32,000 nucleotides of DNA, from NCBI RefSeq assembly GCF_000186885.1, contig NC_014972.1, positions 1,860,001 to 1,892,000 of the forward strand. Reading direction: 5' to 3'. Made by a program: the position numbers and the translations under genes. The stretch's first letter is position 1, and each line of letters begins with the position of its first letter. The notes below the pieces were generated by a model that saw only the letters and a program-made list of their open reading frames with translations, was not told the origin of the DNA and ran no database searches. The stretch is from Desulfobulbus propionicus DSM 2032. GTDB taxonomy: Bacteria; Desulfobacterota; Desulfobulbia; Desulfobulbales; Desulfobulbaceae. Below are positions 8,689 through 15,200 of the stretch, in pieces.

Positions 8689-9995
8689 GGTGCTTGGTCC
8701 TTTCGCTGCTCATGGAGCACGCGTTTAGCGTAATGAATCAATGGTCCGGGAGCAAGGGTCAGCGCAACTTCCACCTCCCGGAGCGCCGGATATCTGGTCA
8801 GTTGGTCGGCGGCGGCACGACGCACCGCCTCGCCGTGGCCCGGCAGGGTGGTCAGGCACAGCCGCAGTTGTTCCCCGCCGTGATCGTCGGCGAGGGAGGC
8901 CGAGAAATCGAGCAGGCCGGGGAGGGCCAACAGCAGCTCGTCCAACTCGGGCAATGCCAGCTGGCCGCCGCCGCGCAGGGGGCGGACCTGGTTGAAACGT
9001 CCCGTCACTCTGTCGAGCCGCCGGATGACGCTGCCGCAGGGGCAGGAACCGGCGAGGAGGCGTCCCCGGTCGCCGGTGCGGTAGCGGATCAGCGGCATGC
9101 CGGTGCGGGTCAGGGTGGTGATCACGATCTCGCCCCACTGGCCCGCTGCCAGCGGAGCCGCGGTGCGGGGGTCGATGATCTCCACCAACAGATCGGATTC
9201 GCGCAGATGGCAGCCGCAATGGGCCGCGCAGTCCACTCCGCCGCCCAGTCCGGTCTCGACCGTGCCGTAATGGGAAAAGACCTCGCAGCCAAGCAGCTGC
9301 CGCAACCCGTGGCACACGCTGTCGGGAATGTAGTCGGAGCAGAGCAGCATCGAGCGGACCGGTGCCAGGTTCAGGCGTAGATGGGCGGCCATCCGCGCCA
9401 GGGCCAGCAGTTGCACCGGGAAACCGACCAGGACATCGGGCCGCAGTTCAGCAACCGCATGGGCGGCTGCCTGGGGATCGCTCACCAATCCGAGGAGATG
9501 GCTGTTGACCTGCATCCGCTCCAGGGCGCGGGCGAGCAGGTGGCCGGTGGAATCCGGGGTGGTGCCGGGGAGACAGATGGCCACCGTTTGCCCCGGATCG
9601 ACCATCTGTTCCATGCCCAGGTGAAAAAAGTCCAGGGTTCGCTCCAGATCCTCGGCGGTGAAATACAACCGCTTGGCCGCGCCGGTGGTGCCGGAGCTGT
9701 GCAGGGTGACGATCCTGGCCACGTCATCCAGACTGACGCACACCATCTCCGGGCCATGGGCACGCAGATCGGCCTCGGTGGTCAGCGGCAGGGCGTGCAG
9801 ATCCTCCAGGCCCCGCAGCCGATCGATACCGGCGGCGGTCAATGCGCGGCGGTAAAAGGCGGATCGATCACGGCAAGAGGCAACAAGCGAGCGCAGCCGT
9901 TCCGCCTGATAGCGGTCGATGGCGGCCCGCGACAACGGCCGGTTGGTTTCGCCAATGGCCTGGCCGATCAGCTTGTCCAGGGGGGTGGATTTCAT
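8685..9995 (-). CDS. PaaK-like adenylate-forming enzyme (phenylacetate-CoA ligase / F390 synthetase family)
   Basis: ATG 9995 overlaps the radical SAM stop (ATGA). Motifs are LHSSGTTGAAKRLYFT (AMP-binding core) and YRTGDRGRL. The size (436 aa) and N-terminal helical region resemble PaaK-type ligases rather than long acyl-CoA synthetases. Confidence 0.8.
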   Translation of the reverse strand: MKSTPLDKLIGQAIGETNRPLSRAAIDRYQAERLRSLVASCRDRSAFYRRALTAAGIDRLRGLEDLHALPLTTEADLRAHGPEMVCVSLDDVARIVTLHSSGTTGAAKRLYFTAEDLERTLDFFHLGMEQMVDPGQTVAICLPGTTPDSTGHLLARALERMQVNSHLLGLVSDPQAAAHAVAELRPDVLVGFPVQLLALARMAAHLRLNLAPVRSMLLCSDYIPDSVCHGLRQLLGCEVFSHYGTVETGLGGGVDCAAHCGCHLRESDLLVEIIDPRTAAPLAAGQWGEIVITTLTRTGMPLIRYRTGDRGRLLAGSCPCGSVIRRLDRVTGRFNQVRPLRGGGQLALPELDELLLALPGLLDFSASLADDHGGEQLRLCLTTLPGHGEAVRRAAADQLTRYPALREVEVALTLAPGPLIHYAKRVLHEQRKDQAP

Positions 9996-11401
9996 GGTTG
10001 CACCATGCCCCGATACAGGGGGCGCCCCTGCTGGGAGGTCAGGTTGTAGGCGCAAAAGGGGATGAGAAAACCCTGGGGCGATACCACGTGGATGCAGCAA
10101 CCGCGCAGCCGTTCGAGATCAAGATTCCACGCGTCCTGAAAGACCATGGCCGAAAGCGAAAAGGTATGGGTGCGGGCCCGGGCGAGGAAGCGGTCGAAAT
10201 CGTCCTGGGGCCGATCCGTGGCCGAGCAGGCGCAGGCGTCGGCTGGGGCCAGGGCAAGCGCGGGCAGGGACCACTGGCGGGCGGTGAAGCGGACGCTCTT
10301 TTCCCGTCCTTCCAGGGCGGTGGGAAGGGATGTCCTGGGCTCGCCGGTGGAACAGCAGGCTGCCTGCCCGCTGCCCAGAGGGGTCAGACGGCCATGCTCC
10401 TCGACCAGGAAGGTACCGTGGAAAGAGCACAGTGCATGTTCACAGGCCGGCGGGGCGAAATACTCGGCCAGCAGGGCTCCGTTGCTTTGCGCCTCGATCA
10501 GCTCGATCACTTCCGGCAGGGTCAGGCGCTCGGTGTCGGTGGGTGCCTGCGGATAACGGCCAAAATAGCTGATCGGTTGAAAATGCACCCCGCGCACCGT
10601 GGGCGCATGGCGGACGGCGTAGTCGATGATCGCCCCCACTTCGTGGGTATTGACCCCCGGAACCAGGGTCGGCACCAGCACCACCCCCAATCCGGCGGCA
10701 CCGCAGTGATGAATGGTCTGTTCCTTGATGGCGTGCAAATCGCGGCCGCGCAGGGTCTGGTGCGTGGAACGGCTCAGTCCGTCGAATTGGAGAAAGACCG
10801 AGGTTAGCCCGGCCTGTTTGAGGGAACGGGCGTAGTCCGGGTTTTCGGCCAGCCGCAGACCATTGGTGTTGAGCTGGATAAAGCCGAACCCCTTGTCCCG
10901 GCCCAGGGCGATGATGGCATCGAGATCGTCGCGCATGGTCGGCTCTCCGCCGGACAGCTGGATGTTGCAAGGGCCGGAGGCTTCGAGGATGCGGTCATAG
11001 AAGAATTCGATCCGCTCCAGGGAGGGATCGTCGTCCGCGCCGCTGGCGCCGGCGGCGGCGAAACAGACCGGGCAGCGCAGGTTGCACCGGGCGGTGATTT
11101 CGATCAGGGCGGTGCAGGTATGCTGCCCATGGTCCGGACAGAGGCCGCAGTCATGGGGGCAGCCGGCGGCAACGGCCGTTAAGGGCCGGCGGGGTGCGGA
11201 GGGTTTTTTCGGTCGCAGCCAGGTGGCAAACGGAACAGCACCCCGCCAAATCACCGTGCGGAAGGTGCCGTGATCCGGGCACTCCTTGACCAGGTAGACG
11301 GCGTCGCCCTGCTGTTCACGGATCGCCGCCACCCGTTTGAGACAGACCGGGCAGAGGCTGGCGGTCGACGACAGCAGTTCGATGGTGCGCTCAGCCCCCA
11401 T
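9992..11401 (-). CDS. Radical SAM protein with an N-terminal Cys4-type zinc ribbon
   Basis: N-terminal CPVCLKRVAAIREQQGDAVYLVKECPDHGTF, then the CX3CX2C cluster motif ITARCNLRCPVCFA, then a Cys-rich C-terminal extension. 469 aa. Overlaps both neighbouring genes. Confidence 0.85.
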   Translation of the reverse strand: MGAERTIELLSSTASLCPVCLKRVAAIREQQGDAVYLVKECPDHGTFRTVIWRGAVPFATWLRPKKPSAPRRPLTAVAAGCPHDCGLCPDHGQHTCTALIEITARCNLRCPVCFAAAGASGADDDPSLERIEFFYDRILEASGPCNIQLSGGEPTMRDDLDAIIALGRDKGFGFIQLNTNGLRLAENPDYARSLKQAGLTSVFLQFDGLSRSTHQTLRGRDLHAIKEQTIHHCGAAGLGVVLVPTLVPGVNTHEVGAIIDYAVRHAPTVRGVHFQPISYFGRYPQAPTDTERLTLPEVIELIEAQSNGALLAEYFAPPACEHALCSFHGTFLVEEHGRLTPLGSGQAACCSTGEPRTSLPTALEGREKSVRFTARQWSLPALALAPADACACSATDRPQDDFDRFLARARTHTFSLSAMVFQDAWNLDLERLRGCCIHVVSPQGFLIPFCAYNLTSQQGRPLYRGMVQP

Positions 11402-11846
11402 GGATCTGCTCCCGGGGCAGGCTGGGGTCGATGTTGTGCTCGGTCAGGAGGGCAAGCAGGGTTTCGCGGGCACGGATCATGATGTCGCCGCAGACTTCCG
11501 GCTTGCGTCCCCCCTGATAGGCGACGATGTCATCGCAGCGGATTCCTCCCCAGGCAGTGGCGCCTTGCTTGAACCAGTCCATGAACTGGGCGAGCATCAG
11601 GGGATAGCAGTCCAGGGGGTGTTCGGCAACGCTGCCCTTGGCCGTGTACAAGGCAATGATGCAGGCTGCGGCGCTGGCCACGCCGCACAGCTCGCCGCTG
11701 CCCGCGCCTTCGCACAATCCGGCCATGGCCCGAACCAGGGGAATGTTGTCCTCGCCCATGTCTTCGAGGGTGAGTTGGATCATGATCTGGCTGCAGCAGA
11801 ATCCCTGTCCAGCCAGTTGCATGATGCGCAGCGCGGTTTCATCCAT
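11391..11846 (-). CDS. C_GCAxxG_C_C family Cys-rich (putative redox-active) protein
   Basis: 151 aa with conserved Cys positions GFCCSQ, LCEGAGSGELCGVASAAAC (a variant of the GCAxxG core), IRCDD and EVCGD. Overlaps the methyltransferase stop by 8 nt and the radical SAM start by 11 nt. Confidence 0.75.
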   Translation of the reverse strand: MDETALRIMQLAGQGFCCSQIMIQLTLEDMGEDNIPLVRAMAGLCEGAGSGELCGVASAAACIIALYTAKGSVAEHPLDCYPLMLAQFMDWFKQGATAWGGIRCDDIVAYQGGRKPEVCGDIMIRARETLLALLTEHNIDPSLPREQIHGG

Positions 11847-12585
11847 GGAAGGCCCCCTTGTCGGCGATCAGCGCATAGTAGCCCAGCGGCGCCGTGGCCA
11901 GGGCGCAGGCCGTGGTGCGGGCGGCGGTCGTATCCATGAACAGCGACCAGAACTGTTCCAGGCTGCCGTGGGAAAAAATGATCTGTCCGGCCAGTTGCTT
12001 GAGCAGGTCACTGCGGTCGCGGAGCAGGGCGAGGGAAAATCCGGCCTGGTGCAAGCCGCTGGTGATCGTCTCCAGGGGCAGGGCCTGGGCGATGCAACTC
12101 TTCAGGGGCGGCAGCTGCGGCCGCTGGGAATGCTTGCAATAGATGTCGGTGAGGAGCAACGAGCCGCCCGGCCGCAGCACCCGATGCATTTCCTTGAGGC
12201 TGGCCTGCGGGTTGTCGGTCAGCGACAGCGCGCATTCGCAGAGCACGGCGTCGAAGGCGGCATCCGCGCAGGGAAGGGCAGCGGCTGTTCCCTGGTGGAG
12301 GGTCGCGGCGGGCGCCCGGAGGGCGGCCTTGTCGAGCATGAAGGCCGAGGGGTCAAGACCGCTGGCATCCAGGGCGAATTCGTCCGCCATCAGCGCCAGG
12401 CTGTGCCCGGGACCACAGCCGATATCGAGCACCCGAGCACCCGGAGGCAGACGGCAGAAACCGAGCAGTTCCCTGGTCAGCTCCAGGCCCCCCGGCCGCA
12501 GGGTGCCGCCGGTCAGGGCGGACAACGGTTCCTGTTCGTACAGGGGAACAGAGGGGGAGGCCGGGCAGGAACGGATCGCGTTCAT
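11839..12585 (-). CDS. Class I SAM-dependent methyltransferase
   Basis: ATG 12585 lies 1 nt after the upstream stop (12587-12589). Motif I is ARVLDIGCGPGHS, with downstream FDAVLCECAL and LRPGGSLLLTD. The longer 305-aa ORF start would overlap the upstream gene. Confidence 0.8.
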   Translation of the reverse strand: MNAIRSCPASPSVPLYEQEPLSALTGGTLRPGGLELTRELLGFCRLPPGARVLDIGCGPGHSLALMADEFALDASGLDPSAFMLDKAALRAPAATLHQGTAAALPCADAAFDAVLCECALSLTDNPQASLKEMHRVLRPGGSLLLTDIYCKHSQRPQLPPLKSCIAQALPLETITSGLHQAGFSLALLRDRSDLLKQLAGQIIFSHGSLEQFWSLFMDTTAARTTACALATAPLGYYALIADKGAFHG

Positions 12586-12586
12586 C

Positions 12587-12796
12587 TCATTTGTCCTCCA
12601 GCAGTTGTTCGACTTCCAGCATCTTGCCCATGGCCAGGCTTTCCGGCACGAGAACGAAGCCGCATTGCGGGCAGGCCATGAGTTCGACATTGAACACGGA
12701 ATGGAGATAACGGACATTGACCTTGGCCGGCTGCAGCGGTTGATGGCACGCCGCACACTGCCAATCCGTGGCCTCGATAAAGGAAAAGGTGCTCAT
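12587..12796 (-). CDS. Small 4-Cys zinc-ribbon protein (69 aa)
   Basis: MSTFSFIEATDWQCAACHQ...MACPQCGF has two CxxC pairs. ATG 12796 overlaps the upstream stop (ATGA). Its position and coupling argue that it is translated. No family assignment is possible without an HMM search. Confidence 0.6.
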   Translation of the reverse strand: MSTFSFIEATDWQCAACHQPLQPAKVNVRYLHSVFNVELMACPQCGFVLVPESLAMGKMLEVEQLLEDK

Positions 12797-15099
12797 GGGG
12801 TCTCCTGGGGCAGGTGCATGCGGTGGCTGTAGCCGTTGTGCAGGATGTAGCCCGCCGCGGTCGGCTCGTATTCGATCCAATAGGTCACCCGTACCGGCTT
12901 GAGGCAGGCCAGGCGATGCTGGTTGGCCGGGTTGATCAGGTACCTGCCCGTGGCCTCGGCGTGATGAATCACCTTCCGCGCTTCGTCCTCAAGGATGTGG
13001 CGGCTGTTGAGCCGATCCATCACCTCCGGGCTGACCAGCAGGGAAAGGGCGGTGTGCTCGGGCCGGGAGGCGGCGGTTTCTCCCCACAGGTCGGTCAGCA
13101 ACTGCTCCTTCAGCCGGACTCGGTTCTCGTGCCGCAGGGAAAAGCCGGGATTGGCCCGGCCCAGGGGATCGCTGCCGTCGGACGCGGCAAAGAGATAGTC
13201 AAGCAGGTGGGCCACCGGCCGCCCGGCAGCGGCCAGATTGTCGCGGCACATGGCGCAATAGGCCAGGCCGCACTGTTCGCTCCGCTCCGCCTTGACCAGG
13301 GCGGCCTTGCGGCCGAGCTGCTGGTCGGCGAACTGCATCAGGCCGCCATAGCCGCAGCAGTCGGCCAGTTCGCCGTTGTAGGCGTGCTCGACAATCGGGA
13401 GGCCGAGCTTGGCGCAAAGGCTGCGCACGCTGGCGCGCATCGCCTGCTGCCGCCGGGCGGTGCAGGGATCGTGCAGGGCCAGCGGTGCGGTCGGCGTGGC
13501 GGGAAGGTCGGTCGGCAGTTCCAGGCCGTCGAGCACCTCCCACAGAGAAATGGTTTCGATGTCCGCGGTAAATTCCTTGAACACGGACAGACAACTGGAA
13601 CAGGCGACGATCACCCTCGGCCGTCCCAATCGTTCGATCTCGGTCTTGAAGTGGTGCAGGGTCTGCTGGAACACTTGCCGCTGTCCGGCCCAATGGGCCG
13701 GGATGCCGCAGCAGTCGAGCATCAGGCCGACGCCGCCTTCCAGGAGCGAGGCCAGCAGGTCGTAGGTTTTTTTGACCGTCTCGGGGGCTGATCCGGCCAG
13801 CTGGCAGCCGGGATAGAAGAGATGGCGGCTGGCGTTGGTTCCCGGCTGGTGACGACTGAGGCGGCAATACTCGCTTTGGCTGAAACGCATGTCTTCCAGG
13901 GCGAAATCATGCGGCGACGGCGGCATGTGATTGCTGTCGACCATGTCCTGCCGGGCGGCGCGGCACACTTCGGCCACGGGAAAATCGTTGGGACAGATCA
14001 CCGTGCACTGGCCGCAGAGGCTGCAGGCATTGATCATCCGGTTGGCGTTGCGGGTGCCCTGGACAATGGCCTGATTGTTGTACATCTTGCGCACCAGGGT
14101 CTTGGGATATTCGTTGTACTGCCGCAGATAGACGCACTGTTTGACGCATTCCATGCACTCGCAGCGGATGCAGCGGCTGGCCTCGGCCCGCGCCTCGGCA
14201 GCCGTGTAGCCGCTGTCCGGGTTGGCCGGAACGATTGCGGCCAGCGACGCATGACCGGTGGTGACGGTCACCATGCGGGTGGTGCAGCTGCCTTCCTTGT
14301 CGCGCTGGGCGGTGAGCGAAACCTTCTGCAGGAAGCGTTCGATCGACAACGCGGCCCGGCGGCCGTTTTCAACCTGCTGGATAACCGAAAAAGGATTGCC
14401 GGCCTCGGTGCCGCCGCCGGCAAAACAGCCGTCGCGGCCAAGGGCGAGGGTCAGGGGATCGGGGACACCCTGCGGCAAGGGAAGCAGGGCCGGGTCAACA
14501 TCGTCCCAATCGAAATACACCGCGTCGGCGTGGCCGATCAGGGCCTCGATGGCCTGCGGATCAAGGGAAGTTGCGGTGCGCAGCACAACGCCGTATCCGG
14601 CAAGGGTGGCTGCGGCTTGGGCAAGCGCATCGTTTGGCAGTGTCGATTCGGGCAGACGGCAGAGGCTGCCGCCAAGCGTGGCGCTGCCGGTGATCAGGGT
14701 GGTCGCCCGTCCCTTTCGCATGAGGTCGAGGGCGGCGGTCATACCCGAGAGGCCAGCGCCAATGATGGTCACCGCACCCTGTTTGGCGGGAAGTTTCGGC
14801 AGTTTGACCATGGTCTGGGTGGTGCTGACACAGTATTGTTCCAGCCTGCCGATGGCGAGCGGATCGCCGATTTCGCCGCGTTTGCAGAAAGGCCGGCAGG
14901 GCTGATCGCAGAGGCGGCCGACGATTTCCGGAAACGGCATGGTCCGGTCGAGGATTTTGCGGGCGTCGCGCACGTTGCCGTTGGCCAGGCAGGCCATGAA
15001 GGCGCGGACATCGACGTGAATGGGACAGGCGGCCGTGCAGAATGGCTGTTCTTCCTGGATGCAACGGGATTCGAGTTCTCTGAGCTGCGGTTGATCCAT
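12793..15099 (-). CDS. Multidomain oxidoreductase fusion: FeS N-terminal region, FAD/NAD(P)-binding domain, 2x[4Fe-4S] ferredoxin domain, two CCG (HdrD/GlpC-like) domains and an uncharacterised C-terminal domain
   Basis: 768 aa. The N-terminal FCTAACPIHVDV...CDQPCRPFC resembles the GltD/DPD-type FeS region. Dinucleotide fold VTIIGAGLSGMTAALDL. Ferredoxin motifs CIRCECMECVKQC and CSLCGQCTVICP. CCG-type motifs YPGCQLAGS...MLDCCGIP and LHDPCTARR...LADCCGYGG. Confidence 0.8.
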   Translation of the reverse strand: MDQPQLRELESRCIQEEQPFCTAACPIHVDVRAFMACLANGNVRDARKILDRTMPFPEIVGRLCDQPCRPFCKRGEIGDPLAIGRLEQYCVSTTQTMVKLPKLPAKQGAVTIIGAGLSGMTAALDLMRKGRATTLITGSATLGGSLCRLPESTLPNDALAQAAATLAGYGVVLRTATSLDPQAIEALIGHADAVYFDWDDVDPALLPLPQGVPDPLTLALGRDGCFAGGGTEAGNPFSVIQQVENGRRAALSIERFLQKVSLTAQRDKEGSCTTRMVTVTTGHASLAAIVPANPDSGYTAAEARAEASRCIRCECMECVKQCVYLRQYNEYPKTLVRKMYNNQAIVQGTRNANRMINACSLCGQCTVICPNDFPVAEVCRAARQDMVDSNHMPPSPHDFALEDMRFSQSEYCRLSRHQPGTNASRHLFYPGCQLAGSAPETVKKTYDLLASLLEGGVGLMLDCCGIPAHWAGQRQVFQQTLHHFKTEIERLGRPRVIVACSSCLSVFKEFTADIETISLWEVLDGLELPTDLPATPTAPLALHDPCTARRQQAMRASVRSLCAKLGLPIVEHAYNGELADCCGYGGLMQFADQQLGRKAALVKAERSEQCGLAYCAMCRDNLAAAGRPVAHLLDYLFAASDGSDPLGRANPGFSLRHENRVRLKEQLLTDLWGETAASRPEHTALSLLVSPEVMDRLNSRHILEDEARKVIHHAEATGRYLINPANQHRLACLKPVRVTYWIEYEPTAAGYILHNGYSHRMHLPQETP

Positions 15100-15135
15100 G
15101 GCAAAAGGGGAGCGTCTGGAGTGATGAACCGGAAA

Positions 15136-15169
15136 GGGGAGGCAGGAGGTACATTTCCCGACCTCCCCC
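15136..15169 (-). promoter_or_regulatory. Intercistronic GC hairpin between mop and the accessory module (possible attenuator or processing site)
   Basis: GGAGGT (15145-15150) pairs with ACCTCC (15161-15166) across a 10-nt loop. An alternative pairing is GGGGAGG (15136-15142) with CCTCCCC (15162-15168). There is no U-tract, so this is not a canonical terminator. Confidence 0.3.
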
Positions 15170-15200
15170 TATTTAACCAGCTAACGGATGAGACAACACC

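Noticed and set aside
6455-8733. Plus-strand ORFs 6455-7678 (407 aa) and 7648-8733 (361 aa), antisense to the NTP-transferase-HD and XdhC genes
   Set aside because: The minus-strand frames carry diagnostic motifs and precise start/stop coupling. The plus-strand translations are Gly/Ala/Pro/Arg-rich shadow frames.
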